DNA of 64,000 nt from Chrysomallon squamiferum (GCA_012295275.1 CM022679.1:24056001-24120000); one strand, 5' to 3'. Shown: positions 39,632-54,946, counted from the stretch's first letter. Translations and numbers: made by a program. The notes: generated by a model from the letters alone, not told the origin.

Positions 39632-42600
39632 TTATAAAAATCGAAGAACAGTCATTTAAAAAGAAAGATAATAAAATAAAGAAATTAAAAAAATTAAAAA
39701 ATTCACTAACAACCACAGTAAGTAAAAAAAAAGTAAATAGTTGAAACTGAATATGGATAAAAAAGGGTAATAAAAACGAAATAATGAAAAATAATCTAAC
39801 ATTACTGCAGTTTCTCAAATATGTGTCATTATTCATTACAGAATCTTTACATCTCCTTTCTAAACAAGTCCTGTCACATACTGTTATCTTCTGACACTAC
39901 CGTCACACATTAGTTATTAAACCATTTTGTACTAGACTAACATCCAAACCTACCACTCGTTAACCGTATACCCACTGTTTTGTTTAACTTACAGAGTAGA
40001 TAACTCAAGTTCAGTCTATTCAAGTATCGCACTGAAATCTGGTAACCATGGCACGAGGAACCGATCACAAAATGAAGTTTATTAAAGTCTACTATTACGT
40101 ACAGTCACGACATATTAGAACAAACACGAACTGATCTTTGCTTTTGGTGAGGTTTTCACAAACGAAATATCGATTGGCTGGTAATTACTTCTGTTCTGTT
40201 GCGTATGCTAATGACTGTTTAATGAAACGTGATAAATTAACTTTTAAAACATCTGTCTACGTAATCAGCTGGTATTAGCAGTTCCAGCTCTTACTTAATA
40301 TTCCCTTTATAGTACCATTTTACTGAAAATAACCGTGATAAGTGATTTCTGGATAATATTACTAGTACAAACATGTACACAGGCATGCACCATTGATTAC
40401 TGTTAATGTATTACAGTTAGATTACATTTTTTTTTTCAGTTACTAGAACAGTAACATCAATTCCTACTATTATTGCTACAACTATTAAAAACATTACTTT
40501 GCTATTACTACCGCTACTCCTGCTGTCACTTTTACCATCACTACGGCTACCACCACAATTACTACTACTACTACTACTACTATTAGTACATTACTATTGA
40601 TACTACTACTACTACAACAATTACTACTTCAGATATATTTAATAGGAACACTGGTGCTACTAACAAATAAGTAAATAAAAATATAAGCAAACAAAGTAAT
40701 AAATAAATAAATAAATAAATAAATAAAATTAATAGCAAAGAAGAAGAATAATATAAGAAAATGAAGAAAGAAAATATCAAGTCAGATCACGCAATAAAAC
40801 CCCATAAAGATCCCATAAAGATCCCACAAAACAAACAAACAAACAAAAAAACGACAAAACATCTAACAAAAACGAAGTACTAAAACTAAGCCAATAAAGA
40901 ATAAACTGAAGAAACCCAGTATATTAGATTTTTGTCATTATGCTCATAAAACTAGACAATGCACATTTAGCTGAAGATAGAGAATTTGATAACGTAATAA
41001 AATATTCTAGAAATGAGTTATCAGTCTTAGCGGAAGTACGTAGACTGTTTTAATTTCTTTTCTTTTTTTTTTTTCAAATCTTTATCTCAGGTGTAATCTC
41101 TAATGTGTTGAAACCAGGATAAACTTCAAACTGCGCAAATTAAAGGAAAAAAAAACCACCCTGGTCTTTTTTCGTCTTCTTTTTTTATGGTTGACAGTTT
41201 GTTTGTTGTCTATGTAAGATCGTTGGAGCGTGACGAGTTGTGCATCTACTGTGACTTTCTCATTCTGCTTCACAGGTGTGGGTCATGACACACATATACA
41301 TTATACCTGTTTTACTAGGTGATATGTCTTTCATTCAGCTGTTTGTCGGTTTGTTTGTGTGTTTATTTATTTATTTAACTTGATTTCAGTATTTCATCCA
41401 TTCTTAATTCCTTCTGCTTGCTTTTTTCCAAACGGCCATAAACAAAATAAAGGCCCTGTTGTTTTTACTATCAACCCAGTACAAAAGGGAGTTAAGTAAT
41501 TAATGCAAATTACTTTATTTTTTTTTTTCTTTAGATATACTTTTAGAACTTAGCAAGTTTTTATTACATATTTTCTACTGCATCTGAACGACAGTAATTA
41601 TTTTACAGAATATGAATAGCAATTAGCTTATCTTCATGAAAGATGTTCAAGATTGTACTTAAAAACAATATGACGTAACCTTATCTTTACTACCATCGCC
41701 AGTGCGCATGACAGACGGAACGGGAACTCGCGTTTAGTAAGACATCAGAAAAATATCCCTGGGCGACAGCTAGAAAAAAAAAGAAAAAAAAAAAGAAAAG
41801 CGAGATAGAAATGAGGTCAAATTCAATGCGCTCATGGCAGTCATGCAATATATGTGTCACGTTAAATGATCATTGCAAGATGTTTCTGCGACATGAAACT
41901 TGGAAAAAGAAAAAAGAGAGAAAAATAATTTGCCATGTTTCTATTTTTTTATTGTCTTTTTTTTTATAATTTTTTTCTAAATTCTTAATTTTCAGGAAAA
42001 ACAAAAAGGAGCGAAGAAAACAGCAAAAGAAAGGAAAAAAGGACCATTTTTTATTACTGTTTTCGTTAATTATTAATTTAAATGAGACGAAAGGCAAACA
42101 CGTAACCACAACAACGAACTGAAACTGCTTCTGTCTTGGGGCTGTTTGAATTTGCCTTCGCAGATAATCTGAGGTCAGGTTTAAATCAGTTAGAAACAAA
42201 GAAACATGTGACTCGCTTGTCTTAGTATGTTTTATTATGTTTTGGTTTATTTATTTAATAGTTAACTAATATAGATACGCACATGTTGAAAAAAAGAAAT
42301 TTTGTTTTTTATTTGTTTATTTATTTATTTATTTTTTTTTTTTACTCATTTAGATATTATTTGTTTTTCTCAGTTTTAGGTTTTGTTTCTGTTTCGTTTT
42401 TATTTAATTTGTATTTATTTATTTATTTATTTATTTATTTATTTCGTATCTTTTTATTTCTTGTTTTCCAGGAAAAAAACTAAATTAAATTAAAAAAACA
42501 ATAAAAAAAAAGAAAGACTGAATGAACGAATTAAAGAACGAATAATTAACTGAGCCAATAAATAAATTACTGAAAATATTCACCAAAAGACCAATTTTTT

Positions 42601-45600
42601 TTTTTTTTTTTTTTGTATTCTTTGCAAACAATTCATCATCATCATGAATCAGGAACAATCAAATTAAAATTAATTACTAGGTGAAGTGTTTCTAGCCTTC
42701 AGGCTATGAAATATAATATTTTCTGTCTAGAATGAGTTTTGTTGTACACTGCACTGTATGCCTGTCACTTGCTGAATGGAAAATCATTGAAAACATACCC
42801 GGGATTTTTTGTAAACCTACACTGAACTGAGCTACCTTATACGCTTTAAATCGTCAGATCCTTTGTACAGCCTCTTCACTCGAATTTAATGTCTAATAAA
42901 AAAATAAAAAAAATATATATATATATCCACTTAAGTGCGTGTCCTTTGTGTGCGTGAAGAAGCATCTGTCAACAGCAACACAGAAACGTAATTAAGCAGT
43001 TAATTAAATTAACTCGAAGTTACGTCGAAGTGGTTGAATTTCAACTCGAATTCGACACAATACGTACCTAACAAAGAGGTCAATTTGTAAATTCGTGTTT
43101 ACCACAAGGCGTTATGCTTTAACAGTGTAAGCGACACCCTGGTTGTTGAAGCGTGCCCTTCGCATGGTTACGTAGTTCTTTTCATTCAACAAACTGACAA
43201 GTAATGTCTATTACTCTGCAGTCGTGTGCATAAACATCGCAGTGTACTATTTTCTTTCTTTGTAAAGATTTTTCTTTTCTTCTTCTATGGAAACACGGTG
43301 AGATCGCTTATAATAACAGGCTGTCGGGTTCATCACACCTACAGAAATTCAATAGAGGCGTGGTTTCGGGCGAGAGTTTTAATTACCGCAGGTATTTTTT
43401 ACAACATGTACATCAGAAATAAATATTTTCTTCTTCTTTTCTTTTTAAAAAAAAAAAAAACGAAAGAAAGAAAAAAGATGTTCAAGATAATTATGATTAT
43501 AGATTAATGGATGAATGAAAATGTGTATTCCATTGAGAAAAGTTAATTATAAATGTTTTTAATATTTCCCGATCCAGACACTACTTTTTCAACTGTTATT
43601 GTTTATGCATATCTCTGTCTTTGGAAAGATACATAAATGTCACAGTTATCAGATGTTTGCGGACAAGATATATATATAACATAACAAAAAACAAAACAAA
43701 AAAAAAACAACAGGAACAAAAGAATGAAAAAAATATAAATAATAATAATAATAAAAAATAATACTAAGCAATAAAAACTAAAATGATATATACATAATAA
43801 AAAAGACGCGATTTTATTTTGTGCTTATTTAATGAAGTCCTTAAAAGATAAAAACAATTTCGCCCCAATTTTTAAATGGTTAAAAACAAAATTAAGTAGC
43901 ACATATATTTCATTTTATTCATATATGTTACAAAATACTTGACCCGTTTTATGAAGAAAAAAGCTATAAACTTTATGTTTATAAAATAACAAAACTATAC
44001 TACACCTGAACTTAGATATCAAAAACACTGTTCATCTGTGAAAATAAAAATATATATAATAATAATAAAAGTAAAAAATATATATAAAAAAATGATAGAA
44101 AGAAATGCAAAAGGAAAAGCTTTGAGATTCGCAAAGTGTTGAAACCTCCAGCATTAAATACAGATTCATCCGTACAGCATCGGGCAGCAGGTCAAGCGGA
44201 GGTCGATTTATCATAAAACTCTTTTGACAAATAAAAAACATTAATTTTGTATGCGAAGAGCTAACTCAACGGGTGGCTCGGAACCACTGGCTGTAAGTTT
44301 CACGGACCAGTTGGTTGCGACTGAGACCACCAACAGCAGAGACTGGGGTGTCAAGCTAAAATAGAGAAAGAAAAGAAAAAAAAAAAAAGAAGTCTTTTCA
44401 AGATGAAATATGAAATAAAAATACTGTTTTCAGTTTGTGACTAAACAGCTGCATGCAGGAGTTATGAATGACACGAGAAAGACCAAGTGGAGGTTATGGG
44501 CGGGCAGATAAACGTGTTTGACCACAAACAAACAAGTCTTTTCACGCACGTTCTCACCTAAAGTATCCGGACGAACAACAGAGGCACTGGAATATTATGT
44601 GAAAAGAAAAAAACTAAAAAGAAAAATAAAATAAAATAAAAAAGATCGCTGGTTGACTTAGCAGCTGAATGAAAAGGTAATTATTTATGAAACCCGGTTT
44701 AAAAATGAAATAAAGTGTACTTATATATTTTGACTTAAAAATGAAGTCTGCTTTCAGTTATCTAGTATCTAATACCGCTAACTGATGTTCTGAATTTCAG
44801 TCATTTTTCTTAGACATTTTTATTTTTTTTTTTTTTTAGATTTTATAGATGACTCACTGACTGCCGAATGAGGATCTTACTTAACTATATATGGTCTGAA
44901 CATTCGCGCGACTCAAACAGAATCAGATACTTTGTTCCTCCACAATTTTAAGTTCTGAACTGCTTAGTAAATTAAGTTCAGTAAATGGTTTCATACAAGT
45001 TTCAATGAGTTTACTACAGAAATAAACATAGGTAATTATGAATCTTACACATATACACTCCTTTTTGAATGATGTATGTGACCTTGCTGACTTTCGTAAC
45101 GACCTTAGTGAACACAAATTTACGGTACGAAAGTGGCGTAAAGATGAATTTGACATACATCGGGTGTTACAGAAAACTCACCACGAATATAATTATGTGT
45201 ATATGTGTACTGTATACATACATATACATAAACACACACAGACACACACAGACATACACACACAGCCGTCCCTACACTATCTATCTTTCTGTCTATCCAT
45301 TTATTCATTTATCTATCTATCTATCTATCTATATACCTATGTGTCTATCTACCTATTTGTCTGTCTGTTTGTTTGTCTATTTATTTACGTAAACATCTAT
45401 ATAATGTGTGTGTGTATCTGTGTGTGTGCATGTAATAATAATTATTATTATTAAAAGTAAATATTTTATTCATTTCTTTGAACATATACTAATCATGTAA
45501 TTTCTTTTTTTTGTTCTTTTGTCTCTCTCTCTCGTTTGTTTTCTCTGTTGATTTCTTTCTTTCTTTCTTTTTAACTTTTTATTACTTATCATTTTTTCCA

Positions 45601-46181
45601 TCAGAACCGCACCAGTATTTGTCACAGAGGAAGAAAGATAATACGATTTACCTTAATTCAAAATAAAAAAAACAACAAAGAAAAGCAACAGAATTTAAAA
45701 AAAAAAAAAAACGATAATAAATTTCATCCTGATTGAAATAAACATGGGTAGAAAACTTATCAAAACAGATATGAAATCGACACCAGAACTTGGCTCAACG
45801 ACTCAATGAGGGGCAAAGTAGCAGATAAATTGACCAATTTGTATCTCATCGTGTCCCGCGGGGAATATTTATGGGATGTTTAGAATATGAAAGAGACACT
45901 TTAACACAGGTGATGTCCAAACGGTGTTCATTTCAGCAAATTACTGCACTCTGGCGGAGACGGGCACACAATGTCATGCGTGTTCATTTCACGTGATAGA
46001 CACGTTAACGTAGCGCGTAAACATGTTCTATTGTTACCCGAGAGCAGAGTTGAGAAATATTAAACTGAATAATTAATATAAACGAGGCAACGTGAATACA
46101 GAGAGTTGAATCAAAGGTCACCGACTGATGTACCTGCATTGTCTGCTTGAGTTTAATGATGATGATAATAATAATAATAAC

Positions 46182-46225
<44 letters not shown>

Positions 46226-46469
46226 TAATAATAATAATAATAATTTGAATGTTCGGTGTAATAATAATAATATTTTTGTGTTCGAACTGTGATTGTTTTT
46301 GTATGTTTGAACTTGTGAGTTTGTTTTTGTATGTTTGTAGGTCAATCAATCAGTTTTCTATCTATTTATCTATCTATCTATCATCCATCTATCTATCTAT
46401 CTATCTATCTATCTTTGTTTACGTTTATATTTACATTTGAATTTGTCTCAGTTTGTATATTCAAATGAG

Positions 46470-47086
46470 TCTGTATATATATATATATAGTGTTTTTTTT
46501 GTACCTGAATATATAGTATGTGAGCGTGTCTATATATAAATGTACACGTAGAAGCATATTTGTATATGTACATATCCATATTTCCATGTATGTTCAAATA
46601 TGTCCATATATATATATATGTGTTTGTATCTGAATATGTATGTGTGTGTGTGTATGTGTGTGTGTGTATCTATATGCCTGTGTGTGTGTGTGTTGCATGA
46701 ATCTTTACGTGTCCATATGTATATTTGTTTATATGCATTTTTGTGGGTGTACATATGCATCAAATATGTCTAAACTGATTGTGTATGTACTTGTGTATAT
46801 CTGTGTGTGTCTTTATGTATATATGCTGGTGTCTGTATGCATCTGTGTATTTTTATGTATGTCTATATATGTGTGTGTGTGTGTGTGTGTTTAACTGTGT
46901 ATCTATATATAAAAACATGTACACTATATACATCTATTTGACTGTGTATATACTCCACATGTGTATGTATATGTATATATATGTATATGTGTTTATATAT
47001 GTGTATATACATATACATATCTAGGTATGTATCAGTGTTGTATACATATATATGTTTGTATACATGCATACACACAAATACATATG

Positions 47087-47126
<40 letters not shown>

Positions 47127-47199
47127 AAAACACACACACACAGACACTGACATGCATATATATTCACACAATGGTATATGTGTGTGTGTGTAAATATAC

Positions 47200-47246
<47 letters not shown>
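46470..47246. repeat. Long degenerate alternating purine-pyrimidine (TA/TG/CA) tract
   Basis: About 780 bp of TATG/TG/CA low-complexity sequence, the source of many spurious Y/I/C/V/H ORFs. Similar shorter tracts at ~17410-17650, 20090-20345, 26240-26450 and 63030-63220. Confidence 0.9.
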
Positions 47247-47248
<2 letters not shown>

Positions 47249-47775
47249 TATAAGTAAAATTTTCTGTCTCTCTAGACGTCTTTATGAGATGAAAGGTTGC
47301 TATGCAGGTCAGTTAGCGCGCATCCGTGTCATGGATCCCTTTTGTGGTTGCTATGGCCGCGATATGTTCAAAACAATGGCGTCAACTGATCAGTAATTTC
47401 TTCCGCTTCCTTCCTTGTTTCCTCTTTCCAAATCCACTCGCTGATGATAGAGTATGTCGGTCCTCATTGTAGCTTTTTCTAAGTCTGTTTTCTGAGAAAT
47501 TACACTTTTTGAGGGTTAAAGTTCTTTTGATTATGCTGGGTTTTTTCGGTTTCAATAACTATTTAGGCGTTTGTCACTAGATTTGCAGAATTTGTTCAAA
47601 TGTTCCACTGTTGAAATAATATCTTGATTCTTCAACATTTAAACATTCAGTAGTGGTCCCTCATTAACAATTTGTTTATTTTTAAAACTGCAGAAAAAAA
47701 AAAAAAAAGGTTCAGAATTTCAAGTGCAGTTTAACGGCAATTGAAATAACCGTTGTTACACCTTAAGCGGCGTTA

Positions 47776-47959
47776 TTCTAAGAAAGTGAAATGGATTACA
47801 ATTATATTACGTCATTGAATTTATATAAATTTTTGCAGTATGTAAATTTTGGAGTGTGCAGTTTTCTAAGAAAGTGACGTCACACAATGGATTACAATTA
47901 TATTATGTCATTAAATTTAAATAACTTTTCGCTGTATGTAAATTTTGAATTGTGTAATT
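47776..47959. repeat. Tandem duplication of ~88-96 bp
   Basis: ttctaagaaagtga...aatggattacaattatatta.gtcatt.aattta...gtatgtaaattttg starts at 47776 and again at 47864. Confidence 0.88.
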
Positions 47960-48204
47960 AGCTGTTCTTAATGGGAGGAATAGTCCATTCGTTTCTAAAT
48001 ATCTTAAACTGTAACGCATTTTAAAATTCCGCATAGAATAAATGTAAAACTAGAAACACCCACCGAAAACAGAGCTAAAGTTTAGGTTGCTTTCTTTTCT
48101 ATTTTTAATATGCAACTGTTTCGGATAATTTCGTGCGAGGTTATAAATGAAACCAATGTTTAACAACCCTTCGTCCACCAATAGTGATTTATTTATTTAT
48201 TTAA

Positions 48205-48271
<67 letters not shown>

Positions 48272-51200
48272 AATAAAGTAAATAAAAAAATAAATAAAAT
48301 AAAAAAAATAAATAAAACGAACGAATAAATAAACGGACAAACAAACAAATAAAAGAATAATGTAAATAAAATTAAAAACTGGTCAAGATGAATTTAAACA
48401 AAATAATAGCGACCAAAATTAATTTACAAAATAACATAAAATAATTTAAAAAAAAAAAAAAAAAAAGAGAGTTACAACCCAACCATGACTGATTATTGAA
48501 AAATCAATAACGTACTATTCATGACCTTCTCGCAATGCATAACACGTGATAACGTACATGATTTGAACTTGATTTATATACCACGGGTAAGGGTGTTTCC
48601 GGTTCCACATGCACCGCGAAAAGACACTGGGAGAAGCTAATAAATTATTTACACTCATTTGTATTTCAGTAAATAACATTTACCTGAGTAACTTCATCCG
48701 GCTTATACCAGGTTCAATAATTAATACCGTGAAGTACAGTCAGTTAATGCAGTACAGTTTAACCTGGGAATTATTTATGTAAGTGTACTGCGTACAGTCG
48801 AGTTATAAGGTCGTTCCTGTTGTTACGTCATTCCTTTCATTTCTTTGTTTTATTCTGATGGTAAAATCGAAGGAGATGACAAAAAGAAGACAACGACGAT
48901 GATTGTGATGTTAATGAAGAAGAAGTAAACGATGGTTATGATGATAATAATGATGATTAATCAATACAGGGTTCGATTATGTAGAAGTAATATGAGTTAA
49001 ATGTTACAGAAATGCAAGTAAGATGAAAGTTCACAACAGATGAAAGAAAGAGAGTACAAAACAAACAAAAAAGACAAATTAAAAAAAAAAAAAAAAAAAA
49101 AGAGAGAAAAAAACACCCAGATAAACTCACTGTTATACAGGCAGAAACATTGAAAAATACATAGACAATAGATAGATAATAGAGATAGATAGATAGATAA
49201 TAGAGATATACAGATAGATAGATAGAGAGATTGATAGATAGATAGATAGATAATAAAAGAAATCAACTTTTCTCCTTTTTTTTTACACTGGAACCCAGGA
49301 TTTCAGAGGAAAAAGGTGAACATCTTTATACTGAATATAACTTTGAAGATCAAAATGAATTTCTATTAAAAAAATACATTAAAAAACCCAACATAAAAAC
49401 CCAGTGATGATGATGATGATGATGATGATGATAATAATAATAATAATAATAAATATTAAAAAGTTCAAAATAAAAGAAATAAATGTCACTGTACGTTTAG
49501 CAGAATCGACGTATGTTTAACATATCAAAAGCGAACGCTGTTTAAATTAATGCGAAGTTTACACATAACTCCGCGTGACGCCGTCAAAGGTGAAGGTCGT
49601 GTTCACACGTCGAGTTATCTCCACTTGATTAACGACAAAAGGATGAACTGCTACTGAGTAATATTTTTGTCTTTGAAGAACAAGAGAGCGTTTCCTGAAA
49701 TGTGTTCATCCGCGTGATCGATTTCACAACGCGTTAGCCGAGGTTACAAGGCGAAACTAACACGCATCCACACGTCCACTCGCATCTGGCGTTGCTGAAA
49801 AACTGTAATGCATAGTGGCTTGTGTATGCCAAAAATTACAATGGTCTTCTAGTGAAAGTTAACATGGAAAAGGATACAAAAGTATATATAACCTATATAT
49901 TATATGCATATTCATCTATCTATCTATCTATCTATCTATATATAATATATATATATATATATATGGGGGTATTTTGTGAGTGTATGTGTGCACAACTGCG
50001 TACAGACTGAAAGCTTAGAAATGTATAATATTTTTTTATTGATTTCCAGTAACAAAATGACACTTAAATGTGTAAACACACAAACAGATTCCACCAAAAT
50101 ACAATAATAACAGAATAACGTTTTCTTTATGGCCTTATTTATCTAATGTTAAACTGTTTATTATTCTTCCCTTCAGCAAGAACTCTCTTTTGCACACCGC
50201 GATTATGAGCTGTCCCGCCTACATATTGAAATAATTACCAACCTCAGCATTCCGTTTGAGTGACAAGTCCAATATAGAAGAATTACCATTGTCGATGAAC
50301 GTACGCCAGCTGTGTGCCAGTATTTCAATCACGTGACTTCACCGGCACCGCGTCTGGTGTTGCGCCGCCATAACGGGACCCATAACCGTTGATTAACAGT
50401 CTAAATCAGACCGTTAATGATCCACGCTGGAACTTCAAAGAGCGAGCGTCATAGACGTGGACCGCTGTCTCGTATTTGTTCCGCTTTTTGAGTGACGGCT
50501 TGCATTTGGCACAAATTCTTGGACGATCGTGCACAACGTGTTGTGTTCTAGGGTTTCAAGGTTTGCTACACTTTCAATAACCTGACTGGGCGATAAATGG
50601 AAAACAAATAAAAAGTATTCGTTTCGTATTTCCTAGATCTTTTCCTCCAGCGCGTTCTTAGCATTCGTTTGAAATTGTTACCGTTACTCGGTGCATTTCG
50701 CTGCATGACGAATAACGTGTAATCAGCGTAGTTATAATCGAAGCTGGGATCTTTCTGTTGTTGTTTTTTTTTTTTTTTTTTTTTTTGTTGCTTTACTTAT
50801 GTCTGAGACCTCTTTCAAAAACGTCAGATCCTATCTTGATATTGTTAGGATAAACTCCCGAATGGGAATACTTTTACAGCCTTTTTAATAAATTTATTAT
50901 TTTATTGTAATGTTAGTGGGGAAATTAGAAAATGATGATCTGCAATTGGTTGAAGTGAAAGAAAATCATATGTATGTGTATCTCTGTGTGTGTGTGTGTA
51001 TTGGTAAATTCATATTCACATGCATACATGCATTCAAGCATACACACAAACATACACACACACATATTTACATACACGTACATATACTGTTACATAGCCG
51101 CCTACGAGTATCAATGCACATATGCATACATACATATTTGCACGCATTAATCACCTTTAATTCATGACAAAGTTTCTAATCATAAAATTAATTTCTACTG

Positions 51201-52265
51201 TAAATAATTCATGAAATATTTATTTGGAATCATGGCAGACGATTTATATCATGGCAGAATAAATAAAGCACAACCAGAACCTACTTAAAAGAGAAATAAT
51301 TCTTTTTCAAAAAATTTATTTCACCCAGAGACAGTATGGAATACAAATATTTACTCAAGATATAGAAAAACATTACTTACACAAGCTAATTTTTCATTCC
51401 GAAATGTTTATGGGTGTGATTGTATATACACAATGATGTACATTCATACAACAAGTGCGTGGTTTTCAGTTTCTGTATACAGACAGATATTTATTGTTTT
51501 TAATATGCATTTCGAGCGGTCCCAACAGTTTTATTTGTATGAACATTAATATTACATAAGAAAGTATATTTAGCGTATCTGAGCGGACTCTCCCTTTGTT
51601 CTTGCGCAATCTCAGCAAGCAGCAGACAATGGCGGGATCCTGTTGTCAATAAAATAAAATATACATCAGCAGAACAAACAAAACTGCTACAAGTCACACA
51701 ATGTTATTTTCTTAGAAATATTTGGTACACAGGGAATCGATATCCATCATTGATTTACATAACTAATTCATCAGGACCGATCCAAATGACCCACAGAACG
51801 AACACGACTTGTTTGCTCATGCAAGCTTCGTGTAATATCCTATTGTTCTGGATTTAGAATCTTATATATATATATATATATATTTGTGTTTGCTTTACTC
51901 AGAATATAGTTTTTCTATTTCAAAAATGTCATTTATTTATTTTATTTTTCTTCTATTCCTTTGTTTTTCTTTCTTTTGTTTTGTTTTCCTTTTCTTTCTT
52001 TCATTCATTCTTTTTATCATTATTTCTATCTTTGCTTCTATTTTTCTTTCTTTTTTTTTTTTTTTTTTTAATTATTATTTGTTTGTTTTTCTTTATTTCT
52101 TTTCCAGTTTTAAAGGTGTGATGATTAAGAATAATACACCAAACAACTAACATATATAAGTATATATTTAGGTTCTGTCGATAATTATGTCCATGTTCCT
52201 ATTTATGTGTCTGCTAATTTTACACACACACACAGACACACACACACACATATACATAAGAACAC

Positions 52266-52294
52266 ATATATGAGCGAGTCTCTGTATAGATAGA

Positions 52295-52326
<32 letters not shown>

Positions 52327-52460
52327 TAGACAGACTGACTGGTAGACAGGCAGGCAGACAGACAGATACAGATAGATACAGATACATACATACATACATA
52401 CATACATACGAACATACACACATACATACGAACATACAAACATACACACATACATACATA
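52266..52460. repeat. Compound tetranucleotide array (GATA/GACA/GACT/GGCA/CATA)
   Basis: Successive blocks of related 4-mers. GATA/TATC arrays also at ~45310, 46360 and 49170-49250. Confidence 0.9.
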
Positions 52461-53035
52461 AAACAGATATAGACATAGATATTGCACATTTAATAAATCA
52501 TTCTTTTTAGCCACATTTTGGTCATATGTCTCTGTCTAAAGAAATGCTCATCTCTCCGTCTGTCTGCAGATATTTCCCATCCATCTATCTACCCACACAT
52601 CCCAAAACCATTCATTTATGCATCTGTCTCTCTACATTTTCTACTTTTCTTATTAACCGAGTTGCCGGATTCTTCATTTGTTTTAGAAAAAGGAAGAGAG
52701 AAAGAAAGAAAGAAAACAAAACAGACCTGTTTATTACACATAGTGTTAACAAAATTTCTGTCTTTCTGTCCATCGGGCCATTTCAACCTGAAACCATTTT
52801 GCGGCTACGCACGTTAACCTTTCGGACCCATTCTCTTTGACGTGTTTGACAGATACAGATATTAGAAATTTTGTCTTACTACAAATGATTAATCATTGCA
52901 ACTGACAGCATTCGTCTTTTTCTCTTAACACGCCATTTACTTTGAGCCGTAATTAAAATTTTCAACATGCTTCACGCCCATCTTCTGACAGCAGAGTTCT
53001 GTCGTGTTCTGAGGAGCGGTTTGGTTCTAAAAGGT

Positions 53036-53064
53036 AATTTATTTATCGTTCAGAAAGAAAATAC

Positions 53065-53148
<84 letters not shown>

Positions 53149-53158
53149 GTTCAGAAAG

Positions 53159-53196
<38 letters not shown>

Positions 53197-53210
53197 AGAA
53201 AGAAAATACT

Positions 53211-53278
<68 letters not shown>

Positions 53279-53304
53279 TATTTATCGTTCAGAAAGAAAA
53301 TACT

Positions 53305-53350
<46 letters not shown>
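53036..53350. repeat. Compound repeat: GTTCAGAAAGAAAA motif x4 separated by (GA)n tracts
   Basis: Motif copies start near 53036, 53146, 53193 and 53275, each followed by a GA run of different length. Confidence 0.88.
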
Positions 53351-53360
<10 letters not shown>

Positions 53361-53909
53361 ATGTTTTGGTAGTTAATATTTCCACTCTTTTTCTCAGCTG
53401 TCCTTAGAGGATTATTTCTCATTTGCTTTGTTTCGCTGCAAAACCTTTTTTCTTTCTTTCTTTCTTTAATTTTCTTTCTTTTAAAAATATAATTTAATCC
53501 ACCTACGCACATTTATAAAAACATTCACACCAGTTTGTGCGCAGAATATCGACGTTGTAAAGTATTTTTTTCTAATTCTAGTCATCAATAAGCCATTTTA
53601 AGAGAACCATATTTTGATTCGATAGTCTATATTACACTGTCACATTTAATAAAGATTTATTAAATAGAAATTACGATAATTTCTGTTGTCCATAATTTGA
53701 AAATCATGCTTTTCTGTTTTTTCTCCTTTTTATCTTTTGACGTCATTTAATCGTGCAATATGATGCAATGTAATTCATTTAATGGAAACATTTGCGGAAT
53801 AAAAAGCTGACAGATAGTCTACGTGTTCTGAGAAATCTTCTTCAAATACAATTACTTTTAATAGATTTTGTTTAAGCTTAATACATAACACTGTAAGAAA
53901 TACAATAAT

Positions 53910-54029
<120 letters not shown>

Positions 54030-54914
54030 AAAAAATGTATATGTTTGTATGCGTGTGTAAATATATATATATTTTATTTATACATGTGTAAAAACATACA
54101 TTTATATATATATGTGTGTGTGTGTATATGTGTTTATGTATGTGTGTGTATATGTGTATGTAAATATATATATATATACGTATGTCAGCAAAGTGTATTC
54201 TGTAAGTTTAAAACATTTTAAAAAAAGAAGAAAAAAATCATTTTTTTAGTAAAAAGTCCCTTTTTTTTTTTGTTTTCGCCAATTTTTTTATATTTTATTA
54301 TTTTTTTTTCCTGCAGCCTTAAACAAAGTGTCCCAATTAACATTTGTTTGACACCTAGTAAGAAATTCCTTTCCTTTCCGCTGCTGCACTTTCAAACTGG
54401 AGTGGCTCTAATGAACGCTGAATGGAATAAATGCGTTAATTCTCTTCACGAAAATGGTCTACTCGCTTTCTCCTTCTCATATATAAAAGATAGACCGGAA
54501 TAAGCTCTTAGCATTTCAGCCGAACGCGTCCGCTCATTTTACGAAATACTTTTACTTCACCAATTCCTGTTCGTAAGTTGCATTATGCAATTAGCCTGGG
54601 TCGCGTTCGATTGGCAAATTCTGTGATGCTGTGCAATGCAAGTCGATAGCTGTACACAAAGGGTCGCTTTCTGAATTGTAAAATAATTACATATATATTT
54701 GGTAACGGGATGTCGCAAGCTAATTAACTTATTTTTGAGGTTGCACTCGATTTTGCTCTATAGGCTGAAGAGGATAAATTAATAAAGGAATAAATATAAT
54801 CTATATGATCTATTTGATAGCTTCTGAATGGTGCGGTAAAGAAGAGATAATACTATTTTGAAAAGAAAGAAAATGCACTTAAATCGAAATCCGTTGTGAT
54901 GAACTGAAACTGTT

Positions 54915-54946
<32 letters not shown>

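Noticed and set aside
53036-53350. CRISPR-like repeat/spacer layout (also 33671-33897 and 60028-60455)
   Set aside because: Eukaryotic context, spacers are microsatellites or absent, and no cas genes are present.
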